Source of the DNA: Dehalococcoidia bacterium
Lineage (GTDB): Bacteria; Chloroflexota; Dehalococcoidia; UBA2979
Assembly (NCBI GenBank): GCA_964291495.2
Contig: OZ219872.1
Coordinates: 192,001 to 256,000, forward strand
DNA: 64,000 bases
Direction of reading: 5' to 3'
The position numbers and the translations under genes were made by a program. Position 1 is the stretch's first letter; every line of letters starts with the position of its first letter. Of this stretch, positions 45,824 through 56,256 are shown one piece after another. The notes under the pieces were generated by a model. It searched no databases. It worked only from the letters and a program-made list of their open reading frames with translations, and was not told where the DNA came from.

Positions 45824-48805
45824 TCAGTCCGGGTTCCCGACAGCGAGAATCGCGAGGATCGGGGCCAGCGCGGTGAACAGGACGGCGACCGGAACGTCGA
45901 GCGGCGAGCGCGCATCGAGGACGGCGTCCCGGCGCCACCAGGTCTGGAGGCGGAGCCGGGTGCGGTCCCACCAGTCGCGCTGCAGGAGGACCGTGAGGCC
46001 GATCGCCAGCAGCAGGAAGCCGGCTGCCGCGAGCATGACCCAGTAGGGAACGACGTCGGTATCGCGGTTGACCCAGAGGAAGCGCAGCGCAACTCCCGAG
46101 AGCGTGACCACCCCCGAGACACCGAGCCAGCGCGCACCCAGCGCCATTGCGATCCCCAGCAGCACGATGCCCTCGATCAGCAGGACCAGGCCCCAGCGGG
46201 CGCCGCCCGGCTCGAAGCCCTGCTCGGCCTGCGGCAACACCAGCAGCGCCGCACCGGCAAGCTGCAGCACCTCGTGCCAGCCGAGGTGCTCCGAGAGCCT
46301 CCCCGAGGTGCGCACGAGCAGTCCAACGAGCGCGAGATAAAGTGCGGCCGGCACGGTGTGGGCCTGCACGTTCGCGGGCTCGAGCGTCGCGATCGCCAGT
46401 TCAAGGGCGACCATGACGAGCGCCGACGCCGGCAGGGAGGCCCAGCGGACGCCGAGCCGCCGCCCCTCGAACTCGACCGCGGCGGCAAGCGGCAGGAGCA
46501 GCGCAATGAGCGTGCGGAACTCCACCAGCGTCGCCGGATTCACATCGATCGTCTCGAGGAGGGAACCGAGCTCCAGCAGCGCCGTGAGCGGACCGAGCAC
46601 GAGGCCCGCCCAGGAGAGCGCCTGCACGGACAGCGCGGCCGGGTCGTCGCCTCGGCGACGCCAGCGGGAAAGCGCGAGGAACGCGCCCGCCCCCGCCAGC
46701 GAGTACGCCACCGCGAGGGTCCAGGTCGGCCAGTCGAACACCGGCCAGAGCGCAGCCGCGCAGCCGAGCACCACGGCGAGCGCGGGCACCGCGAACTCCC
46801 AGCGCCGCAAGCGCCACGCCTCGTACGCGAACAGCGGCGCGAACAGCAGCACGACCAGCACCAGCGCGCGGTACTCGGCGGTGCCGGGCGCCTCGATGCC
46901 CGCGCCCTCGATCCGGGCCTCGAGGGCGATCGCGGCGGCGAGGACGGCTGCGGCAGGGATCAGCCAGGAGAGCGCCTGCACGGCCAGCGAGGTCTCGGCT
47001 CCGGGCGGCTCGGGCGCCTCGTAGCGGCGGAGCGGCGTGAGCGCGCCGAAGAGCGGGAGGGCGACCGCCGCGTAGAGCACGGGGAGCCGCCACCACGGCC
47101 ACGCCTGCGCCTCCCAGAGCGCCGCGAGCGCGAGCATGGCCAGCGCAGCGCCGACAGCCGCGAGACTCCAGCGCCGCAGCAGCACGAAGGCGGCGAGCAG
47201 GTGCGCGGCGGGCAGCGCGAGCAGCACGGCGTCGTGACCCGCGAAGGGATCCACCGGCTGGATCGAGATGCCGGTCGCGAGCAGCAGGAGCGGGAGGATC
47301 GCCCAGAGCAGGTCCGGTGAGCGCCGGGCGGTGGCGACGAGCGCTGCCGTCAACAGGGCGGCGACGGCAGCGAAGGCCCAGCCGGTGTCCGGACGGGCGA
47401 CCTCGAGCGCGCGCTGCGCGAAGCCGAGAGCGGCCAGCGCCGCGATGAAGCCGATCCACACGAACGCGATGCGCTCCGCCGGGTGCGTGGTGGACCGGCG
47501 GTCCCAGTCCGGCGCGAACACGCCGTCGCCGGTGTTGCGCCAGGCGGCGGCTGCCGCCAGCACGGCGGCCGCGAGGAAGGCGGCCGCGGCGCCCCAACTG
47601 TTGCCGTCGAGATGGGTCTCCGTGAGCAGGAACGGCGACAGCAGGCCAGCGGCAGCGAGGAGCCACGAACCGCGCGAGAGCTGCGCGCTCCAGCCGCTCC
47701 AGAGATCGCGGCTGAGCAGCAGCAACGCCACGGCGGCCAGCGGCGGCGCGCTGAACCACTGCGCGGGCAACTCGGCTGCCCACACCCCGGCAAGACCGAC
47801 CACGGAGGCAAGCACCACCACCGCGAGGAGCACGAGCGGCTGGCGCAGTGACCAGCCGGCAACGGCCACCAGCGCCAGCAGCAGCGCGCACGTGGCCGGG
47901 AGCTGCCAGCGGTGCTCGGTGGAGGCGTCGAAGGTGACGATGAGGATCGCGAACAGGAGCGCGAGCGCGGCGATCACGGCGACCGGCGCTGCCGTGGCGA
48001 CGCTCCAGCGGCGCGTATACGAGAGCGCGATGGCGGCGGCGAGTGCGAACGCCATCCACCAAGCCCCACCCCACTCGAGCGGCAGCCCAACGGCGACCGC
48101 GAGCGATCCCCAGCCGTTCAGCAGCGCGATCGCGGCGGGGATGAGGTAGAGCCGCCCGTGGCCGCGGGCAAACAGGAACGAGTAGAAGGCCGTGCTGTAG
48201 ACGGATGCCGCGAACCAGACCACCGCGCCGGAAACATCGCGGTCGCCGAGAACCTCGTTGTGAAGCAGCAGGAAGTTGAGCGGCGTCAGCAGCGCACCGA
48301 TCGCGAGGAACGCCGGGCCTGCCTCGCGCACCCTCGGCCAGCGCTGGAGCAGCGCTCCGGCGGCGATGAAGGCGGCCGTGTAGAGGGCGAGCAGCACCAC
48401 GCGCCAGCCGCCGGACAGGGCATCGTCCTGGCTCGATGCGAAGATCAGCGCGGACATGACCAGCAGGAACGCGCCGAGGTAGAGCAGGATGTCCGCTTGC
48501 CGGCGCGCGGCCCACTCGCCGATGGACGGCGCGGGCGGGCGCCGGGACGGCGCCGGCGGATCGGGAGACTCGAGGACGCGCGCCTCCGCGCTGTCAGGCG
48601 CTGCGGCAGTGGGCTCGCCCGGCGCATCGGACGGCGCCGCTGCCGGAAGCAGCTCGGCGCGGCGCCGTTCGTAATAGCCCCTCAGCCGCTCGAACGAGGC
48701 GGCGTCGAGCAGGCCTCCCGCACGCCAGACGTCGATCTCGTCGAGCAGCGCCGCTATCGACTCGGGCGTCTGGCCGATGGCGTTGGTGTCCTGGGGTTCG
48801 GAGAT
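45824..48805 (-). CDS. Large polytopic membrane protein (DUF2157-like N-terminus), probable ATC start
   Basis: More than 20 hydrophobic segments; frame open 116 codons upstream of first ATG to GGAGGTG-N5-ATC. Confidence 0.75.
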   Translation of the reverse strand: MSEPQDTNAIGQTPESIAALLDEIDVWRAGGLLDAASFERLRGYYERRRAELLPAAAPSDAPGEPTAAAPDSAEARVLESPDPPAPSRRPPAPSIGEWAARRQADILLYLGAFLLVMSALIFASSQDDALSGGWRVVLLALYTAAFIAAGALLQRWPRVREAGPAFLAIGALLTPLNFLLLHNEVLGDRDVSGAVVWFAASVYSTAFYSFLFARGHGRLYLIPAAIALLNGWGSLAVAVGLPLEWGGAWWMAFALAAAIALSYTRRWSVATAAPVAVIAALALLFAILIVTFDASTEHRWQLPATCALLLALVAVAGWSLRQPLVLLAVVVLASVVGLAGVWAAELPAQWFSAPPLAAVALLLLSRDLWSGWSAQLSRGSWLLAAAGLLSPFLLTETHLDGNSWGAAAAFLAAAVLAAAAAWRNTGDGVFAPDWDRRSTTHPAERIAFVWIGFIAALAALGFAQRALEVARPDTGWAFAAVAALLTAALVATARRSPDLLWAILPLLLLATGISIQPVDPFAGHDAVLLALPAAHLLAAFVLLRRWSLAAVGAALAMLALAALWEAQAWPWWRLPVLYAAVALPLFGALTPLRRYEAPEPPGAETSLAVQALSWLIPAAAVLAAAIALEARIEGAGIEAPGTAEYRALVLVVLLFAPLFAYEAWRLRRWEFAVPALAVVLGCAAALWPVFDWPTWTLAVAYSLAGAGAFLALSRWRRRGDDPAALSVQALSWAGLVLGPLTALLELGSLLETIDVNPATLVEFRTLIALLLPLAAAVEFEGRRLGVRWASLPASALVMVALELAIATLEPANVQAHTVPAALYLALVGLLVRTSGRLSEHLGWHEVLQLAGAALLVLPQAEQGFEPGGARWGLVLLIEGIVLLGIAMALGARWLGVSGVVTLSGVALRFLWVNRDTDVVPYWVMLAAAGFLLLAIGLTVLLQRDWWDRTRLRLQTWWRRDAVLDARSPLDVPVAVLFTALAPILAILAVGNPD

Positions 48806-48911
48806 CGGGCCACCTCCAGAAGGGTGCGCCTACTGGATCGCGCCGGCCCCCGCCGATCACTCTACCCGATGCGCGACCTCGTATGATCCCCGAAGCCGGG
48901 AGGGAGCCACC

Positions 48912-49250
48912 ATGGCCTACGACGAGACGCTCGCCGAGCGCGTGCGCGAGTTGCTTGCCGACCTCGTCGACCCCGCCGAGGTGCGCGAGCAGCGCATGTT
49001 CGGCGGCGTCGCCTTCATGGTGCGCGGCAACATGTGCTGCGGCGTGCACGGCTCCGAGCTGATCGCGCGGCTCTCTCCCGAGGACGGCGAGAGCGCCCTC
49101 GGCGAGCCGTTCGTGCGGCCGATGGACATGACCGGTCGCCCGATGCGCGGCTGGCTGTTCGTTGGCCCGGCGACGGACTTCGAAGAGGAGCGGCTCGAGG
49201 GCTGGCTGCGCCGTTGCCTCGACCACTGCCTCACGCTCAAGCCGAAGTAG
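48912..49250 (+). CDS. TfoX/Sxy N-terminal domain protein
   Basis: MAYDE.LAERVR, MFGG.AFMV.GNM.CGV, M.MTGRPMRGW. Confidence 0.9.
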   Translation: MAYDETLAERVRELLADLVDPAEVREQRMFGGVAFMVRGNMCCGVHGSELIARLSPEDGESALGEPFVRPMDMTGRPMRGWLFVGPATDFEEERLEGWLRRCLDHCLTLKPK

Positions 49251-49403
49251 CGCCGCGCACGGACCCGCCCTCGATACGTCTGCGTGTTGTGAGCAGCGCC
49301 CGCTCCGGTGTAGAACGGGAGGGAGCGGCAGGGGTGCGCCGGCAGGGCGCACGGCGCGCAGCCGCGCCCCCGCACGCCGCGCCAGCAGCGAAGGAGCAGC
49401 CCG

Positions 49404-51101
49404 ATGACCACAGTCGCCGCCGCCACCACGCGGGTCTACGACCCGACCGGCCACCCGCGCATCATCCCCGTCCAGGCGGCCCCGCGGCCGCAGAGCCTCG
49501 AGGGCCTGCGACCGGGCATCCTGACGAACCGCAAGATGAATGCCCGCGCCCTGCTGGAGGCGATGATGGGCGAGGTCGCCGGCGCGGTCTCGCTCGCCTT
49601 GGCGCCGGTCGTGGAGAGCAAGCCGTCCAACGGCCCGCCCATCCAGCGCATCGTCGACAGCATGAAGGAGAACGCCGACTTCGCCTTAGTCGGGACAAGC
49701 GACTGAGGGTCCTGCACCGCGTGGAGTGTCCACGCCGCCATCGTCCTCGAAGAGCTCGGTATCCCGACCGTCAACGTCACCACGCCCGCCTTCGTCGATC
49801 TGCTGCACCTGGAGGCTGAGCAGCGCGGCCTGAAGGATCTGCGCTACGTCGTCGTCTCGCACCCGATCGGCGGGCTGCACGCCGACGCGATGGGCCCGAA
49901 GGCGCAGGCCGTGACCGGCGAGCTGATCGAGGCCTTCACCAAGCCCTACGCCAGCGATAACGGCGCCAGCACTAACGGCGCGGGGGGCGCCGTGGTAGCG
50001 ACCGACCTCGGGCGCGAGAGCGTGATGGTCGAGCTGCCCGCCGACGAGCAGGCGCTGCGTCGCGAGTTCGCGCGCCGCACCTGGTCCGACGGCCTGCCCG
50101 TGATCGCGCCCACCGAGGAGCGCGTCGAGGCGATGCTCGAGTACTGCGACCGCGACCCGCTCGAGGTGCTCGGCGTGATCGCGCCGCGGCGCGGCGAGGC
50201 GACGGTCCAGGCGACCGCCGTCTGCGCCGTGATGGCCGGCTGCGAGCCTCGGATGTTCCCGGCGCTCGTCGCCGCCGTGCAGGGCATCGGCCGCGAGGAG
50301 TTCAACGTCAGCGGCGTCAACGCCACGACGCACCCGAACACGGTGATGATGCTGCTCAACGGCCCGATCGCCCGCGAGATCGGCGCGCACGGCGGGATGG
50401 GCTGCTTCGGCCCGACCTTCGAGACCAACGCCACCCTCGGGCGCGCGCTGCGCTTGGTGCAGCTCAACATCGGCGGGGCCACGCCCGGCCTCGGCGACCG
50501 CGCCACGCAGGGGACGCCCGCCAAGTTCACCTTCTGCTTCGCGGAGAACGAGGCAGAGAGCCCCTGGGCGCCGTTCCAGACCACGCGCGGATTCAGCGCC
50601 GAGGAGAGCACCGTCACGGTGTATGCCTGCGAGGCGCCGCACAATATCGAGGACCACGGCAGCAACACCGGCCTCGGCATCATGCAGACGGTCGTCGGCT
50701 CGATGGGCCAGGCGGGCAGCAACAACATCCTCGCGAGGGGTGACACGCTGCTGGCGCTGACGCCGGAGCACGCCGCGGTGCTCGCCGGCGACGGCTGGGA
50801 CCGCGAGAAGATGCGGGAGCACATCTTCGAGCTGGCCCGCTTCCCCGCCGACCACCTGTCCGTCGAGTTCATCGACCACATCAACGAGCGCATCGATCCG
50901 GACACACCGACGTTCCTGAAGGACTCGCGGCTGCCGATCGCGGCGAACCGCGAGTCGATTCACATCATCGTCGCGGGCGGTCCGGGCAAGCACTCGTCGT
51001 GGATGCCCGGCTTCGGCGACATGTCGCTCCCGCAGACGGTGGCGATCACCAACCGCGACGGCGAGCCCGTGCGCAGCATCGAGGAGCTGCGGCGGGGCTA
51101 G
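49404..51101 (+). CDS. UGSC-family selenoprotein fused to a conserved uncharacterised domain (565 aa, Sec at codon 101)
   Basis: In-frame TGA 49704-49706 in GTSD-U-GSCT; frame stays open into the 49890 ORF; SECIS-like hairpin follows. Confidence 0.85.
49704..49735 (+). promoter_or_regulatory. Bacterial SECIS-like element
   Basis: TGA, 12 nt, then perfect stem GCGTGGA-GTG-TCCACGC with G in the apical loop. Confidence 0.7.
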
Positions 51102-51141
51102 CCGCAACGGGCGCGGGCGCGCCCCCCGGGACGGAGGCCGC

Positions 51142-52221
51142 ATGACCGACGGCGGCGCACGGGCCGAGGCCGAACGTGCCGCCGTCGCCGCCGTCGAGGC
51201 CTTCTACGAGGCCTGGAGCGCGGGCGATCTCGGGGCGCTGCGCGGGACGATGAACTACCCGCACGTCTCGCTCTTCCCCGGCCACGTCGAGGTGCGCGCC
51301 ACGCCCGAGGAGTTCGAGTCGCCGTTCGAGCGCCTGCGCGAGCTGCAGGCCTGGCACAGCAGCAGCCTCGACCGCATCCACCCGATCTGGACGCGCGACG
51401 ACAAGGTCTGCCTGAGCGTCGACTGGAGCCGCTACGGCGAGGACGGCGCGCGCTACCTGTCCGGCAACATCGTCTACATCGTCACCAACGTGGACGGCCA
51501 CTGGGGCATCCAGTTCCGCGCCCGCAGCGAGCCGCGCGACCGCGACGGGCCGCCAGCGGACGCGGCCCAACGCCCTCGAAACACGCTGCTGACGCTGGTG
51601 CCGGAGGAGATCGAGGAGTTCGCGCGCAGGCACACCACCCCGCTGCCGCCGCACCTCGAGGAGCTCTCCCGCTTCACGCTCGAGGAGATTGAGTACGGGC
51701 TGATGCTCTCCGGCCCGATCGAGGGCGGGCTGCTGCAACTGCTCGCCTGGGCCACGAAGGCGAGACGCATCCTCGAGGTCGGCTGCTTCACCGGATTCAG
51801 CGCCCAGATGATGGCCGCCGCCCTGCCGGACGACGGCCGGCTCATCACCTGCGAGATCGACCCGGAGACCGCGGAGATCGCCCGCAAGTACGCCGACGAC
51901 GGACCGGACGGCCACAAGATCGAGATCCGCGTCGGCCCCGCCGCCGAGACTCTCGAGACCCTCGAGGGCCCCTTCGACCTCGTCTTCATCGACGCCGACA
52001 AGGATCCGTACATCGACTACTACGAGGCGGCGCTGGAGCTGCTCGCCGACGACGGGATCATCGCGGTCGACAACGTGCTGTTGAACGGCCGCGTGGTGAA
52101 TTCGGAGTCGAAGTCGGGCCAGCGCATGGCCGCCTTCAACGCGCACGTCGCCGCGGACCCGCGCGTGAAGCAGGTGCTGCTCACGATCCGCGACGGCGTG
52201 ATGCTGATCCGAAAGGCCTGA
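51142..52221 (+). CDS. NTF2-like domain fused to class I SAM-dependent O-methyltransferase
   Basis: N-terminal NYPH..W NTF2-like part; RILEVGCFTGFSA, FDLVFIDADK..Y, DNVL..G, RDG. Confidence 0.85.
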   Translation: MTDGGARAEAERAAVAAVEAFYEAWSAGDLGALRGTMNYPHVSLFPGHVEVRATPEEFESPFERLRELQAWHSSSLDRIHPIWTRDDKVCLSVDWSRYGEDGARYLSGNIVYIVTNVDGHWGIQFRARSEPRDRDGPPADAAQRPRNTLLTLVPEEIEEFARRHTTPLPPHLEELSRFTLEEIEYGLMLSGPIEGGLLQLLAWATKARRILEVGCFTGFSAQMMAAALPDDGRLITCEIDPETAEIARKYADDGPDGHKIEIRVGPAAETLETLEGPFDLVFIDADKDPYIDYYEAALELLADDGIIAVDNVLLNGRVVNSESKSGQRMAAFNAHVAADPRVKQVLLTIRDGVMLIRKA

Positions 52222-52235
52222 GCGCGGAGCGGTCC

Positions 52236-53669
52236 TCAGCGCAGCGCGTGCAGCTCCCCGCCCACCGTCGTGAAGTAGACGCCGCCGCTCGTGACGACCA
52301 CCTGCGAGAGCGAGACGCCTTCGAGGGCCCGGCGGTCGAGCTCCTGGCCGGTGTCGGGATCGACCACGACGAATGCGGACCGCTCGATCAGCAGCAAGCC
52401 CTCCGCGATCAGCGTCGGATCATCGACGAGGGGCTGCATGTCGCGCTCCCAGCGGATGCTGCCATCCTCGATCGAGGCCGCTCTCACATGGCCGTCCGCA
52501 CAGCCCAGCACCACCTGCGCGGGCTGCACGACGGGCGCGAGCGGGTCGCAGCGCAGGTTGCTCACCCAGCGGTACGGCTGCTGCGGGGTCGCCGGGGCGA
52601 GACCCCAGATGTGTGCCCAGAACCATGCCCGGCGCAGGCCCTCCCACCACGGCTGGTCGACGGCTTCGTCGAAGACGAGCGCCCAGACGTCGGATACGCC
52701 GACGACGACCCCATGACCGGCTGCAAGGTGCCTCGCGAGGGAGATGCGGGCAAAAAACTCGTGCTGGCCGGACTCGATGTTGAAGAAGTGCAGACGTCGC
52801 CAGGAGAGGAAGACGACCCGCTCGTCGCCGACGGCGATCTCGCCGAGGGCCAGCACGTCATCGCCCGAGGGCGCCACCCCAAGCTGTTCCCCGCTCTCCG
52901 CGTCGTAGGCCAGCATCGTGCCGCGCCCACCGACCCAGACGACGCCGTCGACGACCATCGGCCCGCTGAGGATGTCCTGCCCGGTGTCACTCCTCCAGCG
53001 CTCGCGGCCGCTGCGCGCCTCGATGGCGACGAGCCCGCCGCTGCGCAACGAAGCGTAGAGCGTGTCGCCGGCGATCACCGGCGAGTCGTCGAGCTGCCCC
53101 GGCACGGGGAAGGTCCAGAGCTCGCTACCGTCCGCCGTCGCGTAGGCAGCGAGCCGGGCGTCCCGGTGGGCGACGTAGATCGCGGTCTCGTCGGCGACGA
53201 GCGGCGCCGTGATCTCCGAGTCGAGCTTGCGGATCCAGGCGGTTCCGCCGTGCAGCGGCGGGCTCGCCGTGGTGACGCGGGTGGCGCCGCGGTCGGCGCC
53301 CGGCGCGCCCCAGACCGCGTGGCCGGTCACCATCGACCGCGAGCCGCTCGCCTCGTCCCTGGTCGGCGCGGGCCAGAAGCACTGCACGTAGATGAAGCCG
53401 GCGATGACTGCGAGCAGCAGCACCTGAAGTACCCGGCCCCGGCGGACACGACGCAGGTAGCGCCGCAGGCGTGTCGGCTCAGCCTCCTGCGGCGGGCGCT
53501 CGAACGGCGTCGGGGCGACGTCGCTGAGGCTCGTCAGGCACTGATGGCAGATCAGGCTCTCGGCCGGCATCTGCGCCGCGCAGCGGGGGCAGCGCTTCGC
53601 GAGCAACGGAGCGTCGCCCGGCTCCGCGTCGGCCGCGGGCCAGTCCGGCTGTGGGGCACGCCATCTCAT
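52236..53669 (-). CDS. PQQ-like beta-propeller protein with N-terminal zinc ribbon and TM anchor
   Basis: CPRC..CHQC; TM; repeated A.D..G.E.W propeller motifs. Confidence 0.8.
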   Translation of the reverse strand: MRWRAPQPDWPAADAEPGDAPLLAKRCPRCAAQMPAESLICHQCLTSLSDVAPTPFERPPQEAEPTRLRRYLRRVRRGRVLQVLLLAVIAGFIYVQCFWPAPTRDEASGSRSMVTGHAVWGAPGADRGATRVTTASPPLHGGTAWIRKLDSEITAPLVADETAIYVAHRDARLAAYATADGSELWTFPVPGQLDDSPVIAGDTLYASLRSGGLVAIEARSGRERWRSDTGQDILSGPMVVDGVVWVGGRGTMLAYDAESGEQLGVAPSGDDVLALGEIAVGDERVVFLSWRRLHFFNIESGQHEFFARISLARHLAAGHGVVVGVSDVWALVFDEAVDQPWWEGLRRAWFWAHIWGLAPATPQQPYRWVSNLRCDPLAPVVQPAQVVLGCADGHVRAASIEDGSIRWERDMQPLVDDPTLIAEGLLLIERSAFVVVDPDTGQELDRRALEGVSLSQVVVTSGGVYFTTVGGELHALR

Positions 53670-53843
53670 GCCCCGATGATAGGGCGCAACGCCGTTAGTG
53701 CCTTCGCAACTTCGCGGCGCAGCCGCGAGGCGGCGGGTTCGCGACCGGCGCCTGTCGGTCGTGAGAGGTGGACCCCGATCCCGTGAGAGCCATGGACGAG
53801 TGCTAGGATGCGGCGTCAGGCGAGCCGACTCGGAGCGTGATCG

Positions 53844-55010
53844 ATGGAGATGCCCTCGGCGTACACGAAGGGCTACGAATCGGCCCGGGCGCTCGATCCT
53901 GAGCGGGCGCGGAACTACGTCGCGCATACGGTCATCGGCGACCCCGCAGCCGACGAGCTGATCGAGGAGCTCGCCCCCCTCGGGCAGGAGGAGTTGGGCA
54001 GGCTACTCCAGATCGGGATGGACGGCGACGAGCGCGCGCTGCGGGAGGCGCCTGCCGTCCTGCGAGAGTTCTTCGAATCCTGCGCGGCTCCCCCCGACTG
54101 GCTCGACCTGCCCGGGCACGTTCCGGGCATCCGCATGTTTCACCGCAACTCGGCGCTGGTGCTGGGGGCGATGGTGGCCGGCACGCTGGTGGAGGGATTC
54201 GCGACGAATATCGCCAAGTCCTTCTTCATCACGGGAAAGATCCGTGACCAGGGCATTCGACGGCTGAAACAGAACAACCGCCACATGATCGAGATCTTCC
54301 TCCCCGGCGGCCTCGAACGAGACGGCGATGGATGGAAGCTGTCCGTTCGCATCCGGCTGGTCCATGCGATGGTCAGGCGCCTGCTGGACGCCTCCGACGA
54401 CTGGGACCACGAAGCCTGGGGCACCCCCGTCAGCGCCGCCCACACGGGCTTCGCGATCACCGCGTTCTCGGCGAGATCCCTGAAACACCTGAAGAGCCTG
54501 GGAGCCCGGTTCACCGACGAAGAGCGCGCGAGCTTCATGCAGGTCTGGCGCTACTCCGGTCATCTGATGGGCATCCCCGAAACGATCCTGTTCCGCGACG
54601 AACCGGATGCCCTGGAGACATTCAGGATTGGCCTTGCGTGCGAGCCGGATGCCGAGCTGGAGTCCATCTCTCTGTCAAACGCGCTGGTCAACTCCTCGCC
54701 GCTGATTGCGGGGGTGACCGAACCGGCCGAGCGCCGGAAGCTGGCTCACTACGTGTTCCGGGTCTCCCGCGCGCTCATCGGACGGCAGGTCGCCGACCAG
54801 CTCATGTTTCCTCGCTACCCGACGTTCGGGGTGCTCTGGTGGTTCCGCATGCAGAACCGGTACGACGGCCTCATGAACAGGCTCTACAAGAGTCGCGCCC
54901 GGAAGAACAACAAGCTGAGCGCCATGCTCGATGTCTCGATGGTCGACGAAGCGGGGATCAGCTACAGGCTGCCGGACCACGTCTATGCAGAAGAGTCCTC
55001 CTGGTGGTGA
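53844..55010 (+). CDS. Oxygenase MpaB/DUF2236 family protein
   Basis: GDP.AD, PP.W.D, RIRLVHAMVR, WG.PVS, WRY.GHLMGIP. Confidence 0.85.
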   Translation: MEMPSAYTKGYESARALDPERARNYVAHTVIGDPAADELIEELAPLGQEELGRLLQIGMDGDERALREAPAVLREFFESCAAPPDWLDLPGHVPGIRMFHRNSALVLGAMVAGTLVEGFATNIAKSFFITGKIRDQGIRRLKQNNRHMIEIFLPGGLERDGDGWKLSVRIRLVHAMVRRLLDASDDWDHEAWGTPVSAAHTGFAITAFSARSLKHLKSLGARFTDEERASFMQVWRYSGHLMGIPETILFRDEPDALETFRIGLACEPDAELESISLSNALVNSSPLIAGVTEPAERRKLAHYVFRVSRALIGRQVADQLMFPRYPTFGVLWWFRMQNRYDGLMNRLYKSRARKNNKLSAMLDVSMVDEAGISYRLPDHVYAEESSWW

Positions 55011-55194
55011 TGCGGCGCTGCCAGAGCCTTCGGGTCGCTGCGGACGCGCCGTCCTTCGCAGGCTCCGGTAGTCATGCTCGATGCTCGCGCTCGCGGGCCT
55101 CAGCCACGATCCCGACGCCGCCCGACAGCCCCATCGACGGCGCGGACGCCGCGGACGTGGCGCTCTGAGACCGAGTTATGAGTACGGGACGTGT

Positions 55195-55271
55195 TGGTGG
55201 CGCATGCGGGATTCGAACCCGCGATCTCCGCCTTGAGAGGGCGGTGTCCTGGGCCACTAGACGAATGCGCC
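55195..55271 (-). tRNA. tRNA-Glu(CTC)
   Basis: GGCGCATTCGTCTAGTGGCCCAGGACACCGCCCTCTCAAGGCGGAGATCGCGGGTTCGAATCCCGCATGCGCCACCA. Confidence 0.96.
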
Positions 55272-55332
55272 GCCGAGTGCAGTCAGCCTAACAAAGCCCC
55301 TCCGGCACGCTCAAGCAGCCTCCGGGGAGCGG

Positions 55333-56118
55333 TCAGCCCTCGACCTCGTCCGGGTAGCGCAGCCGGATCTGGCTCTCCGGGCCAAAGTGCGGCCCGAAGC
55401 GCGAGTCGAAGGCGAGGCCGGCGCGGGCGAAGACGCCCGGCGGAATGCCGAGGTCGGCGAGCCAGAGGTCCCCGGCCTGCTCGCGGCGCAGCCCGGGCTT
55501 CGGAAGCGCCAGCGTGAGCGTGCGCGCGGCCCGCACGGCGAAGCCGGGCGTCTCGCCGCTGTCCGCGTCGACGCCCGAGGGCACATCGAGGGAGAGCACG
55601 GGCGCGGTGGCGGCCTGCGCCGCCCGGATCAGCGCCATCACCGGCCCGGTCGGCGCCTCGCGCAGCCCGTAGCCGACGACCGCGTCGATCACGAGGTCCG
55701 CCTCGCCGATGTCGAAGGCGTCGGACCAGGCGATGACGCGGACCGGCGCCTCGTGCAGCATCCGCAGCTGGGCGGCGACGGCGTCGCTTGCCCTTGAGGG
55801 GCGGGCGATCGTCACGGCCAGCACGTCGACGCCGCGGCCGGCCAGCAGACGTGCGGCGCAGAGCCCGCCGCCGCCGTTGCCACCGTGCCCCGCGAGGACC
55901 ACGACGCGGGCGTTCGGCCAGTGATCGCCGAGCATCGCGAGCGCCGCGCGCGCCAGCTCGAGACCGGCGTGCTCCATCATCTGCAGCAGGCCGGGACCGG
56001 TCTCCTCGACCGCGATGCGGTCGATCTCGCGCATCTCCTCGACGGAGACGGCAGGCACGGGGCGTCCATCGGTCGTGGCGAAGTACGTGCGCAAAATCGC
56101 CACTTCCTCGTCCCCCAT
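55333..56118 (-). CDS. nnrE: NAD(P)H-hydrate epimerase (stand-alone YjeF-N)
   Basis: MMEHAG, G.GGNGGGG, VIDAVVGYG, SLDVPSG.D, T.TL..PK.GL, LADLGIP. Confidence 0.9.
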   Translation of the reverse strand: MGDEEVAILRTYFATTDGRPVPAVSVEEMREIDRIAVEETGPGLLQMMEHAGLELARAALAMLGDHWPNARVVVLAGHGGNGGGGLCAARLLAGRGVDVLAVTIARPSRASDAVAAQLRMLHEAPVRVIAWSDAFDIGEADLVIDAVVGYGLREAPTGPVMALIRAAQAATAPVLSLDVPSGVDADSGETPGFAVRAARTLTLALPKPGLRREQAGDLWLADLGIPPGVFARAGLAFDSRFGPHFGPESQIRLRYPDEVEG

Positions 56119-56256
56119 CTCCCGCCGGCGCGTCACGCGCTCGCCGGTCCGGCTCCGCCGCCGCGCGCACGATAGCAGGCGGGCGGCGCTGCCTCGCAGG
56201 CGCCCCGGGGCGCGACCGAGGGGCGCATCTCACGCGAGGGGCCTATCCTGATCCGT

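Noticed and set aside
53844-55271. Genomic island integrated at tRNA-Glu(CTC)
   Set aside because: The adjacent gene looks slightly less GC-rich, but I found no integrase and no duplicated tRNA 3' end
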